Source: Lachnospiraceae bacterium (lineage in GTDB: Bacteria > Bacillota > Clostridia > Lachnospirales > Lachnospiraceae). From it: DNA of 64,000 nucleotides. The translations under genes were made by a program, and so were the position numbers. The notes under the pieces are model-generated. The model saw only the letters and a list, made by a program, of their open reading frames with translations, was not told where the DNA came from and did no database searches. This document shows, piece after piece, positions 18,798-28,582 of the stretch (its first letter is position 1; each line of letters opens with the position of its first letter). The stretch spans positions 4,336-68,335 of the forward strand of contig JALEPL010000031.1 of the NCBI GenBank assembly GCA_022766245.1. Reading direction: 5' to 3'.

Positions 18798-20198
18798 TTA
18801 TTGTATCGTAGGATATGCGGACGGATCATAGGCATGGCTTCCGTTATGTGTATTGGAATATGCCATAATCTCTTCATCCGAACAATAGAAGAATGTCTTT
18901 CCATCTACTCTTCTGGTGCAATCGAAGTGATACCAGCCCTCTCCCAAATCAATCAGATTCCAATAATGGGTTCGCCGTGGATTAGAAAAACCAATATCCA
19001 TATTATTAATTCCTGCTCTGGTCAATAAGCACTTTGATGTGGATGCATACACAAAACAATCACCCTTCTGGTAAAACAGTCCACGATAAGCTCCCTGTAC
19101 CCAGTTTGTTTTGGGTGTCCCATCCGACCAACCCACATGACTGTTTACCCAGTTAAATATCGCTTTTGCTTTATCATACTGGCTCATTTCCGGAGTTGTA
19201 ATCTGTGCCAGTACCTCATCAGCCTTCGCATTAACAATTTCCTCCGTGGCAGTTTCCACCCCTGCAGGTTTCACATGAACCTTGGTGGATTCTTCCGTCA
19301 CATTTCCCGCTGCATCCTTGGCAATATATGTAACATTATAATCTCCCACCTTGTTCAGATCCACTTCACTGCTATCGATTGTAAGCTGCACATTCTCATC
19401 ATAGTCATCCGTTACCGTTACATTCTTCTTATAGGATATGCTGCCACCCACAGCAACAGACAATTCCTTTACTCCCTCTATAACCGGAGGTTCCGTGTCT
19501 TCCAACACATCCATCACCGTACAGACCTTAACCGTATTTCCACCCTCATCTGTCACATACAATGAAACCGCCTGCTTTCCGGCAGCTGAAAAATCCGGCG
19601 TTTCCACGAACTCTGCCATCGTTGCTGTCACATCTTCGACTGTCTCAATAAAATCATCCGGCTCCAATACCTCGTCCTTGAAGGTCTGTGCTTCCTTTGC
19701 CTCCACAACAGGTGCGATTGTATCCGTCACATGAAGCAAGGATGTATATTCTTTCCCGGAAATGGTGATTCCAATCTCATAATCAGCCACCGTGTTCAGA
19801 TTCAGTTCATCCTCCCAGGGCTCTGAGAAATCGGCCTCCACATACCCATGTGTCAAAAACTCTGACAGTGCCGGAAAGTTTGCTCCCGCCTCAATTGTAA
19901 TCTCATCCACGACGCCTGGTCGGATAACCAGATACATCACAGCGGCAACCAGAACTATCAGCACAGACTGAGCAAATCTGCTTTTCCCAGCAGAATGCTC
20001 TTTCCGATATCGTTTTATCTTTACATTCGACTTGCTCTTTTTCTGTTTTTTTAATGAATTCTCGTCCGGTTTCGCGCCTGACTGATGTTTCTTTCTATCA
20101 CGCTTTTCCCGTTCACTCTGTTCTCTTTTCTGACGCTTTGCCCTTTTTTTCTTTTTCCGGTCAATGCAGTCATGCATCTCTATTTTTTTATCAATCAT
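18798..20198 (-). CDS. Membrane-anchored protein with Ig-like repeats and a C-terminal transglutaminase-like domain
   Basis: K/R-rich N-terminus, one TM helix, repeats (DTIAPVV / DTEPPVIEG...DDYD...Y.VTY.AKDAAGN), catalytic triad GDC-FVYA / HYWN / YHFD. Confidence 0.85.
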   Translation of the reverse strand: MIDKKIEMHDCIDRKKKKRAKRQKREQSEREKRDRKKHQSGAKPDENSLKKQKKSKSNVKIKRYRKEHSAGKSRFAQSVLIVLVAAVMYLVIRPGVVDEITIEAGANFPALSEFLTHGYVEADFSEPWEDELNLNTVADYEIGITISGKEYTSLLHVTDTIAPVVEAKEAQTFKDEVLEPDDFIETVEDVTATMAEFVETPDFSAAGKQAVSLYVTDEGGNTVKVCTVMDVLEDTEPPVIEGVKELSVAVGGSISYKKNVTVTDDYDENVQLTIDSSEVDLNKVGDYNVTYIAKDAAGNVTEESTKVHVKPAGVETATEEIVNAKADEVLAQITTPEMSQYDKAKAIFNWVNSHVGWSDGTPKTNWVQGAYRGLFYQKGDCFVYASTSKCLLTRAGINNMDIGFSNPRRTHYWNLIDLGEGWYHFDCTRRVDGKTFFYCSDEEIMAYSNTHNGSHAYDPSAYPTIQ

Positions 20199-20243
20199 AT
20201 CTATCCCTTTTCATTTGAATAAATCTGACAAAATATCTTATAG

Positions 20244-20272
20244 AGGATATCATCATTTACTATTCTTGTCAA
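20244..20272 (-). promoter_or_regulatory. Putative sigma-A promoter at the head of the cell-envelope operon
   Basis: Minus strand TTGACA (20272-20267), 17-bp spacer, extended TGa-TATCCT (20249-20244). Confidence 0.55.
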
Positions 20273-20435
20273 GGGATGCGCTCCCCATGATCACTGGATA
20301 AAAACGCCGAAACAGGGCGTTGAAACAGGGCGTTTTTAGCCCTCTATCATATATATTAAGACATATTTTTCCACATGTTTTTTATGCAAAACAAAAAAAC
20401 CGGAACAAACCGTTCCGGTAAATATTCGGGGAGTA

Positions 20436-20468
20436 CCTCGTGACTCCTAAGAGCCACGAGGCATGAGT
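20436..20468. other. Orphan hairpin, possibly an IS200/IS605-type end remnant
   Basis: cctcgtg-actc-ctaa-gagc-cacgagg followed by catgagt; a loop-deleted relative lies at 30770-30788. Confidence 0.3.
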
Positions 20469-20566
20469 TATGAAAAATTATATTTGCCTTGCAGCAAATA
20501 CAATTATTTTATACTATATACCCGAGAAAAAGTCAAGCACATTTTTTAATCTTAATAATTTCTTCA

Positions 20567-21472
20567 TTATTCTCCGGCTTGACAGGTAATCAGCCATGGT
20601 GCTGGCTGATTATTGAATGTATTTTTACTGGTCAGTTTGGAAACAGAAACCTGGATAATCTCCGGATCCTTGATTCCCAGACTCTTACACAGCGCCGGCA
20701 TAGAAGCTGCCACCACAAAATCCAGCGTATAGATGACAAAATCCATGTTCGGGTTCAAAGAAAGCAGACATTTCATCTCCTGCTCCATGCTGGCTGATGC
20801 CACCAACATGGTTACATCCGGAACCGGAAGTCCCTTCATGGTCTCGGCATCCACATGATCAATAATTTCCACATTATTCAGTCCGAACTGCCCCACATTA
20901 TCCTCTAACGTCTCACGATCAGAGGAATTATACTCTACGGCGATTACGGTTCCCTCACCATCGGAAATCGCTGCCTCTACGGCAATGGATTCTCCGGAGA
21001 TAACACAAATATTCTTTCCTTCATTAATCTGCATCTTTGACAGGATAATCGAACGAATTTCAGAGCCCACATAACGAACCGAGCCATAGGCAAAAGCACG
21101 GTTGTCCATTCCAAACTTTAAGGTACTTCGGGCATGCTCATTTAAAATCAGCATACCTGCCGAGGCATTGATGCCCCGATCAATCATGTCAGCCACCTTG
21201 CTCTGCTTTATGGGTCCTGCAGGCTCACTGCCTTCGTTGTATACTACTGTACAGTCTCCCAATCCGGCATTGTACATCCGATAGAAAATATCTGCATGTC
21301 CCGCCTCAGTGAACACCAGAACACTGTGGTGGGCTTCCACCGCAGGAATGAGATTCTTATTCTTGCGGGTAATGTCCAAAATCTTTACATGTTCTAAATC
21401 AAGCTCTGTATTCTCCGAAAAATACTGCAGCCATGATAGTACATGTGTGTTGCTAAAAATACGATTCTCCAT
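20567..21472 (-). CDS. CbiE/CbiT (precorrin-6B methylase)-like protein, degenerate
   Basis: FGMDNRAF...SEIRSIILSKMQI...ISGESIAVEAA...VIAVE aligns by eye with CbiT, but the DxGxGxG SAM motif is reduced. Confidence 0.6.
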   Translation of the reverse strand: MENRIFSNTHVLSWLQYFSENTELDLEHVKILDITRKNKNLIPAVEAHHSVLVFTEAGHADIFYRMYNAGLGDCTVVYNEGSEPAGPIKQSKVADMIDRGINASAGMLILNEHARSTLKFGMDNRAFAYGSVRYVGSEIRSIILSKMQINEGKNICVISGESIAVEAAISDGEGTVIAVEYNSSDRETLEDNVGQFGLNNVEIIDHVDAETMKGLPVPDVTMLVASASMEQEMKCLLSLNPNMDFVIYTLDFVVAASMPALCKSLGIKDPEIIQVSVSKLTSKNTFNNQPAPWLITCQAGE

Positions 21473-21567
21473 ATGTAACTCACCCTCCTGATACTATCTT
21501 CTCTGCTAAACATTTTACCACAATCCCTATTCAGAAACAATGTGAATCGTTATGAGGATTCATGATT

Positions 21568-22767
21568 TTACGGCAGCACCTGAATCACGTCATCCAGAAT
21601 ATAATGAAACGTTGGCGACGAAGACTTCTCATTTTCCACATACTCAGTACTCAAATCAATCCGGTCGGTCTCATCAAAGGGATTCGTTCCGGTATAATCT
21701 CCATAGAAAACATGAACCTCCCTATGCTCAAAACCGGTGACAATTTCCTCCACTTTCTGTGTGGTTCCCTTTGCCACAACTGCCTCATTGATATCCAGAA
21801 TTCGAACCCATCCCTTGTCGATACCAGCAAAAGTATCCTGACCAAAGGTAGAAGCATCCACCTGTTCTTCAATGGTTTTCCCCTCCAATACAGCCCCTAC
21901 AGACTGCTCAAAATAATAGGAATAGTCCACCGAACAGCTAACCAGTGATCTGGTGGGTGCCACATTCAGCATACTCTGATTGTAGCCCACATGATACACA
22001 GGGATCTCACCATCTGCATTTTCACATGCCACAGCAGGTCCGGTGGTATCCGAGTGCTGGGAAATCATAACGCATCCCTCATCAATCAGTTCCTGCGCCA
22101 CTTTTTTTTCCAGCGTATAGCTGGACCAGGTATCCGTGTACTTTACCAGCATGGTCGCCTCAGGCACCACCGATCTAACCCCCAGAAAAAATGCCGTATA
22201 TCCGGAAATCACCTCCGCATAAGGAAACGCAGCCACATACCCGACTTTCGCCTGTTCAGGTGCAATCACGCCCTCGTCAATCATCTCCTGCATCTTCATG
22301 CCTGCAATCACACCGCAGATATACCGTCCCTGATAAATCGTTCCCATGCAATTATGATAGTTGTCAAGTACCAAATCCATATTCGCATTGTCCCCGGTGG
22401 GAACACAGAACTGGATATCTGGATTCTGAGCAGCAACCTCCTTTACAATGGGTCCATACCCATAGCTTGGCGCAATGATATAATCACATTTCTCATCCAC
22501 CAATTCCAATAACGGCTGCTCCACATTTTCCTCTATAACATTATATTTGACCACACACTCCACCTGATCGCCGTACATTTCACTGACATGCTCCGCCGCC
22601 TTAATAAAATTGTCCGTGTAGGGAGTCATCTCATCACCAACAAAGATAAATCCCACCTTAATGTGCCTCTCTTCTGTTTTCAGTGTGGAATTAAGAAATA
22701 CTGCCCCCAAAACCAATACCAGAGAGGTAACAACGCACACAAAATAAACTTTTTTCATTTCTTTCAA
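21568..22767 (-). CDS. BMP/PnrA-family substrate-binding protein, TM-anchored
   Basis: KVGFIFVG, IIAPSYGYG, YQGRYICGVIAG, VGYVAAFPYAEV, TDTWSS, ISQHSDTTGPAVA; no lipobox. Confidence 0.88.
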   Translation of the reverse strand: MKEMKKVYFVCVVTSLVLVLGAVFLNSTLKTEERHIKVGFIFVGDEMTPYTDNFIKAAEHVSEMYGDQVECVVKYNVIEENVEQPLLELVDEKCDYIIAPSYGYGPIVKEVAAQNPDIQFCVPTGDNANMDLVLDNYHNCMGTIYQGRYICGVIAGMKMQEMIDEGVIAPEQAKVGYVAAFPYAEVISGYTAFFLGVRSVVPEATMLVKYTDTWSSYTLEKKVAQELIDEGCVMISQHSDTTGPAVACENADGEIPVYHVGYNQSMLNVAPTRSLVSCSVDYSYYFEQSVGAVLEGKTIEEQVDASTFGQDTFAGIDKGWVRILDINEAVVAKGTTQKVEEIVTGFEHREVHVFYGDYTGTNPFDETDRIDLSTEYVENEKSSSPTFHYILDDVIQVLP

Positions 22768-22769
22768 CG

Positions 22770-25700
22770 CTACTTCTCCTCCTTTGATTTTGCATACAAG
22801 GTCTCTACATCGAACTCTCTATCGTCAATGAGCGAAAGCAGTATCTTTGTAAGGTTCGGATCAAACTGGGTTCCACTGCAGCGCTTTAGCTCTTCTATCA
22901 CATAGTCCAGATCTAATTGTTTTCGATAAACACGATTTGCCGTCATGGCATCAAATGCATCTGCAATGCCAATGATTCGTGCTTCTATGGGGATTTCCTC
23001 CCCCTTCAATCCTGCGCAATATCCCTTTCCATCATATCGTTCATGATGATATAAAGCACCAACATTCACATTTTCAATCAAGCTGAAATCCTTTAAGATC
23101 TCGCCGCCACGCACCACATGACTTTTCATGATTTCATATTCTTCATCCGTTAATTTTGCCGGCTTATTCAATATAGCATCTGGTATTCCGATTTTTCCAA
23201 TGTCATGAAGCAATGCCATCTGACGAAGATTTTCACATTGCTTCTCATCAAATCCGTATCGCTTTGCAATAGCCACCGAATATTGAGAGACACGGAATGA
23301 ATGCTCACTGGTGTTAGTATCCTTGGCATCCACCGTTCTTGCGATAGAAAGGATGGTCTCATTTCCCATCTCGAGCTGTTTCTTCGCATACTCTAATTCC
23401 AGTTTTTGCTTTAATACCGTCTTCTGAACCTGTGAGCGGGTAACAAACCATGTAATCCAAACAATCACCAGTGCCGCAATCACGATAACATACACTTTAA
23501 ACCACCATCTCTGATACATTTCAATTTCCTTGACAATGGTGTAGCTGCTGGTTTCCAGCACATTACCACCCCTACCGTCCAGAACAGATATTTTCAAAGT
23601 ATAATTTCCCGGTTCCAAATTAGAGTAGGAGATCGTGTCCAGTGCACTTAAAGGCATGGTATGTGTACCGGATTTATCGCCCTCCAACGTAAAACTGATG
23701 TAGGGATCATTCAGCGAATAGTTCAAAATCTCCGGTTCAAATTCCACCATCTGCACATCCGAACCGAGAATTAACGGTTCCGTACGTTTGATTTCACACG
23801 CCACTCCATCCACCTTTGCGTAATTCAAAATCATTCGGTAAGACTTTGCAGATATATCGTACGCATCCATATTCACCTTCACAACACCTCTATCACAGCA
23901 AAGATACAAATCGCCATTTTCCAGATAATTCCACGAGTTGGCGGTTAGGGACGAGAGCAATCCTCTCCTGGCATTTAACAGTTCATAATCCCCTTCCTGA
24001 TTCTCAATCAGTTCCTCTACATTTGCCACATAGATTCCAGCACTGCCTAAAATCCACACTGCGCCATCGCTGCCACAGACAATATCATAATTATTGCTGT
24101 AGGGGAACTTATTCAGCGCACTTACCGTACCATCATCTGCCAGATAACATAACCCATTGCTTGTCACCACAAATATTCCATTGGTGATCTCATCATAAAC
24201 CATTCGCATAATCACACCGGAAGAGAGACCATCTTCCCTGTCTATGACCTTTCTCACCATTCCATCTTTTATGATAGCAATACCTCCGCCATCTGACCCT
24301 GCATAAATACTGCCATCATGCTCCAACAAGCAGAGCGACTTAATGTTCATCAGACCGTCAGCTCCGGTCAGAGTCTGCTCCACACGATTGTCCCTGATAA
24401 ATGCGATTCCTTCATCTCCTGCTACGACTATGCTTCCGTCCTGCGCTTCCATGATATTACGAAAACGTTTTCCGGGCATGCCATCTGTTTCAGAAATATT
24501 TATGATTTCATAAATATCTCCGGCAATGCTGATTTTAAATACACCCGCACCTGCCGTGGCAATCCAGAGATTTCCTTTGGAATCAGGTGTAATGTGACGA
24601 ATCCGGATGGTATCCAGACAATCGGAAATCTCATTAGTAACGGTTTGCTTCTGATCCTCGTCAATCATAATCAGTCCATCATCTGTGCCACAAAACAATA
24701 ACCCATTCCATCTGGTTACAGTATTCACCACATGTTCTTCAAGCTGAACCTCAGGAAACACTTCGGCAAAAGCAGATTTACATAATTTCAATAATCCCAG
24801 TCGCGAAGAGGCAAACCAGAGATTCCCCTGATAATCCACAATCATATGATCGATGGAGCTGGTAAAATGATTCATATTAATCTGACAAAATTCTCCATCT
24901 GATTTCAGGTAACCGGCTCCGATATCCGAACAAACGAATATTTCCCCTTCTTCCGTTTCATAAAAGGAGTTTATATTCTGTAATCCTTCACAACATATAT
25001 CCTCTCCTCTTTTCACCGCCCCCTCCACGGAAAAGGTGAGTACAAGATTTTGATCCGTTCCTAAATACAATGTTCCGTTTTGTGTAAAAAAAGCAGACCT
25101 TACACGATGGTCGCTTATATTCTGAATGGGATTATCAGAAATGCTCCCATTATGAATAAAATATGGTTCTCCATTGTCTGTTATCGCAACTACATTTCCA
25201 TTTCCATCTGCAGTCAAACAGGTCACATTTTTGATCTGCTCAAATACCTTTTGAACTTTAACTCCACCACTCAAGGTTACAAGAGCTAATCCGTCTGCGC
25301 TACCGATATAGTAATTTCCATTGCTGTCACACACCACACTTCGAACCACATTGGAGGGCAATCCATCCTCTTCATCCACCACATTCATCACATGACTGCC
25401 AATCATTATGGTAAAACCAGTGTCATTGGTCCCGATCCACAATCGTCCTTCCTCATCTACATACAGGGCATTCACATTTTTAATGGAATCAATATCATTG
25501 TAGTGTTTAAACTTAATTCCATCATAACTATATAATCCGGCGTAGGTACCAATCCAGATCCGTCCATCCTTCGTCTGCACAATGTCATTGGCCTCCCCTG
25601 CCAAAAGTCCCTCTTCACTGCCATAGGTGGTCTGGGTGTATGTATTATAGTCCTCAGCCATACTCTTTTCGTTGCTTTTCTGCGCATATACCGGCGCAGA

Positions 25701-26336
25701 GTAAAGACAGGTTCCAAAACCAACGGCTATCGCCAGCATAAGTGCCACATGATGTTTCATCATTCTTTTTTTATGTTTTGCACTTTTATTTTTTTTCGTG
25801 AAATAGCGATATCCTTTTATAATCACATATATTCCATAAGCGCATACAAGCTTATCCAAAAACTCAATATAAAACTGCCCAATTATGCAGGCTATTCTAC
25901 TAGGTATCCCCCCATTCACACACATATGTATCATCTGATCTCCCCAAAGATTACCAATCTCCCCGTCATACAGGAAAAGATTGATTGGAATCGCCGCAAT
26001 GGTACACAGCAGGGATAATCCCATACCAAGTGTCATTACCTGAAATAAAGTCTCAAATACTTTTTTCTTAGCGGCAACACCGGTTACCACACCAATCAAT
26101 GCCCCCACAACGCAATAAATGGTTTGCTGTTCGACAAATATTCCATAGATAACGTTGCTGGTCATACCCACGATCCCACCGCAGACCGGTCCAGATGCAT
26201 AGGCCATGAGTAAGGTACCAAAACTGTCAAGCCAAACAGGAAGGCTGAGTTTCGTAGCCAGGATTCTACCAAATAGATTGACCATCACAGCTAACACTGT
26301 GATGATTGCCACCACATATCCTTTTTTATCTTTCAA
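22770..26336 (-). CDS. HD-GYP phosphodiesterase with ECF S-component-like membrane domain, beta-propeller sensor and Y_Y_Y domain
   Basis: N-terminal LPVWLDSFGT..AYASGPVCGGIVG; repeated DxxGxxWIGT/GL..N propeller units; YSNLEPGNYTLKI; TM; LHDIGKIG, HHERYDGKGYC, IADAFDAM. Confidence 0.9.
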   Translation of the reverse strand: MKDKKGYVVAIITVLAVMVNLFGRILATKLSLPVWLDSFGTLLMAYASGPVCGGIVGMTSNVIYGIFVEQQTIYCVVGALIGVVTGVAAKKKVFETLFQVMTLGMGLSLLCTIAAIPINLFLYDGEIGNLWGDQMIHMCVNGGIPSRIACIIGQFYIEFLDKLVCAYGIYVIIKGYRYFTKKNKSAKHKKRMMKHHVALMLAIAVGFGTCLYSAPVYAQKSNEKSMAEDYNTYTQTTYGSEEGLLAGEANDIVQTKDGRIWIGTYAGLYSYDGIKFKHYNDIDSIKNVNALYVDEEGRLWIGTNDTGFTIMIGSHVMNVVDEEDGLPSNVVRSVVCDSNGNYYIGSADGLALVTLSGGVKVQKVFEQIKNVTCLTADGNGNVVAITDNGEPYFIHNGSISDNPIQNISDHRVRSAFFTQNGTLYLGTDQNLVLTFSVEGAVKRGEDICCEGLQNINSFYETEEGEIFVCSDIGAGYLKSDGEFCQINMNHFTSSIDHMIVDYQGNLWFASSRLGLLKLCKSAFAEVFPEVQLEEHVVNTVTRWNGLLFCGTDDGLIMIDEDQKQTVTNEISDCLDTIRIRHITPDSKGNLWIATAGAGVFKISIAGDIYEIINISETDGMPGKRFRNIMEAQDGSIVVAGDEGIAFIRDNRVEQTLTGADGLMNIKSLCLLEHDGSIYAGSDGGGIAIIKDGMVRKVIDREDGLSSGVIMRMVYDEITNGIFVVTSNGLCYLADDGTVSALNKFPYSNNYDIVCGSDGAVWILGSAGIYVANVEELIENQEGDYELLNARRGLLSSLTANSWNYLENGDLYLCCDRGVVKVNMDAYDISAKSYRMILNYAKVDGVACEIKRTEPLILGSDVQMVEFEPEILNYSLNDPYISFTLEGDKSGTHTMPLSALDTISYSNLEPGNYTLKISVLDGRGGNVLETSSYTIVKEIEMYQRWWFKVYVIVIAALVIVWITWFVTRSQVQKTVLKQKLELEYAKKQLEMGNETILSIARTVDAKDTNTSEHSFRVSQYSVAIAKRYGFDEKQCENLRQMALLHDIGKIGIPDAILNKPAKLTDEEYEIMKSHVVRGGEILKDFSLIENVNVGALYHHERYDGKGYCAGLKGEEIPIEARIIGIADAFDAMTANRVYRKQLDLDYVIEELKRCSGTQFDPNLTKILLSLIDDREFDVETLYAKSKEEK

Positions 26337-26500
26337 TGTATTTTCTCCTCCGACTAATAGCTCAAACCCATGCTCCCGTTTTGCGCATTATCTGTTTTAT
26401 GATACCAATAATTAGTGATTTTGCCAACTTGCCAAACAGGTAGTTTTCATACACAAAGAAGGGCTATACATTTTAAGTATACCCCTTCCCGCCATAATTG

Positions 26501-27046
26501 TTACTGCTCGGTTGCATCGAAGTACACGAAGAAGGTATCTCCCTCTGTGTCATCATCAAACTCCTCCAGATAAGAAATAGAGTACTCATCTCCGCTGTCT
26601 TCCGGTACTTCAAATACCAAAAGACCGGTTCTGGACTCCTTGTGCTTTAATTCGTAAATCTCAGGCAACTGCGCATCACTTACTGCGTCCTCGTAATAGG
26701 TAATCGGCAAATCAAAATCATCATCACCTTCGCCACCCCACTGTACCTGAAAATCAGTATCATACATCTCAATGGTATCACCACTGGTATTCTTTACCGT
26801 CACATCAGCCACCAGCAGCTTGTAGCCCTCTGTCGGCTCATAGCCCTCATACTCTGAACAGATATATGCGCTGTTCACAACATAGTCAAAGAAATAGGTG
26901 TGCATCACATCACCAAGCTCACCCTCTCCATATCCATCCTCAGCATAAACCCCGCTTTTGTTGTCTGCGGAGCTGCCTATTGCACCGCAACCAACCAAAC
27001 TGAACATTAATGTCATTCCCAGTAAAATACTAAAAACCTTTTTCAT
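26501..27046 (-). CDS. DUF4352-like lipoprotein
   Basis: MKKVF...LVG-C lipobox at 27046; LVADVTVKNTS, ESRTGLLVFEVP typical of this Ig-like lipoprotein family. Confidence 0.65.
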   Translation of the reverse strand: MKKVFSILLGMTLMFSLVGCGAIGSSADNKSGVYAEDGYGEGELGDVMHTYFFDYVVNSAYICSEYEGYEPTEGYKLLVADVTVKNTSGDTIEMYDTDFQVQWGGEGDDDFDLPITYYEDAVSDAQLPEIYELKHKESRTGLLVFEVPEDSGDEYSISYLEEFDDDTEGDTFFVYFDATEQ

Positions 27047-27153
27047 ACTTCTTTTCCTCTCTTCTTTTGATTTTGTAATGTGCACGAAATCAGCACAGAC
27101 ATCAACAAGTGTTGCACACAATCTTCTCTCCGTCAAGTAAATTTTTCCAATTC

Positions 27154-27233
27154 GTAACTGTTCAGTGCCTTCCAGTTACGAGCGCAAATCCATGCTAAAC
27201 TTGCTTCGCAAATGGATTTGCGCTTGCCAAAAT
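27154..27233 (+). repeat. Partial copy of the GTAACT(A/G)TTCAG hairpin repeat family
   Basis: Aligns with 54021-54104, with a paired A>G / T>C change in the long stem. Confidence 0.85.
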
Positions 27234-27252
27234 AACAAAAGCTTAATCCAAA

Positions 27253-28536
27253 TCAGACTGCTTCCAAAGCCTGAGCCAGATCTGCGATTAGATCTTCTTT
27301 ATCCTCCAAACCGCAGGAAATACGAATCAGCCCAGCCGGTACACCAGCCTCCTCCAGTTGTTTTTCGTTCATCTGACGATGGGTAGAGGTAGCCGGGTTC
27401 AAACAACAGGTTCTGGCATCTGCCACATGGGTCTCAATAGCAGCCAGTTTCAACTGCTTCATGAACTTCTCCGCTGCTTCCCTTCCACCTTCCAGTTCAA
27501 AGGAAACCACACCACATCCGCCATTGGGCAGATACTTTTGTGCGATCTGATAATAAGGGTCACTCTTAAGCCCCGGATAATTAACCTTGGTGACCTTTGG
27601 CTGAGCCTCTAAAAACTCTGCTACCGCCTGGCCATTCTCCACGTGACGGGGCATGCGCACATGCAGGGACTCCAGTCCAAGATTTAAGATAAATGCATTC
27701 TGAGGAGACTGGATACATCCGAAGTCACGCATCAGCTGAGCGGTACACTTTGTAATAAAAGCACCTTCCTTGCCGAATTTATCTGCATAAGTAACGCCAT
27801 GATAAGACTCGTCCGGCGTGCAAAGTCCCGGATACTTCTTTGCATGAGCCATCCAGTCAAACTTTCCACCATCTACGATGGCTCCACCCACTGCTGCTCC
27901 ATGTCCATCCATGTATTTTGTGGTGGAATGGGTCACGATATCCGCTCCCCACTCAATGGGACGGCAATTCACCGGAGTAGGGAAGGTATTGTCCACGATA
28001 AGTGGAACTCCATGTGCATGTGCTGCCTTGGCAAATTTCTCGATATCCAAAACAGTCAAAGCCGGGTTCGCAATGGTCTCACCAAACACAGCTCTGGTAT
28101 TCTCCTGAAATGCAGCGTTCAGCTCATCTTCACTGCAATCCGGGGACACAAAGGTCACCTCAATGCCCATCTTTGCCATGGTTACGGAAATCAGATTGAA
28201 GGTTCCGCCGTAAATAGAGGAAGAAGCCACAATATGACTGCCGCACTCACAGATATTAAACAGAGCGAAGAAATTTGCTGCCTGTCCGGAGGAAGTAAGC
28301 ATTGCTGCCGTTCCACCCTCCAATGCTGCAATCTTTGCCGCCACATAATCGTTGGTGGGATTCTGCAGTCTGGTGTAGAAATAGCCCTCTGCCTCTAAGT
28401 CAAAGAGCTTTCCCATATCCTCGCTGGTGTCATACTTAAATGTAGTAGACTGAATAATCGGAATCTGTCTGGGTTCCCCGTTTCCCGGTGTATAACCGGC
28501 CTGTACACATTTTGTATTAATCTTGTAATCCTGCAT
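27253..28536 (-). CDS. metY: O-acetylhomoserine sulfhydrylase / Cys-Met metabolism PLP enzyme (MetY-like)
   Basis: PIIQSTTF, YTRLQNPT, SSGQAA, IVDNTF, PLP Lys in HSTTKYMDGHG, GLIRISCGLE; start MQDYK with SD. Confidence 0.85.
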   Translation of the reverse strand: MQDYKINTKCVQAGYTPGNGEPRQIPIIQSTTFKYDTSEDMGKLFDLEAEGYFYTRLQNPTNDYVAAKIAALEGGTAAMLTSSGQAANFFALFNICECGSHIVASSSIYGGTFNLISVTMAKMGIEVTFVSPDCSEDELNAAFQENTRAVFGETIANPALTVLDIEKFAKAAHAHGVPLIVDNTFPTPVNCRPIEWGADIVTHSTTKYMDGHGAAVGGAIVDGGKFDWMAHAKKYPGLCTPDESYHGVTYADKFGKEGAFITKCTAQLMRDFGCIQSPQNAFILNLGLESLHVRMPRHVENGQAVAEFLEAQPKVTKVNYPGLKSDPYYQIAQKYLPNGGCGVVSFELEGGREAAEKFMKQLKLAAIETHVADARTCCLNPATSTHRQMNEKQLEEAGVPAGLIRISCGLEDKEDLIADLAQALEAV

Positions 28537-28582
28537 ATTTCTCTCCTTTATCATGGATTCTCTTACTGTTCAGTAACTTAAA

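Noticed and set aside
20300-20337. 13-bp tandem duplication gaaacagggcgtt x2 inside a small hairpin
   Set aside because: Most simply a slippage duplication in a terminator-like stem; no evidence of function.
28563-28576. Very short matches to the repeat head (also about 2638-2650 and 30649-30664)
   Set aside because: Too short to distinguish from chance; not counted as copies.
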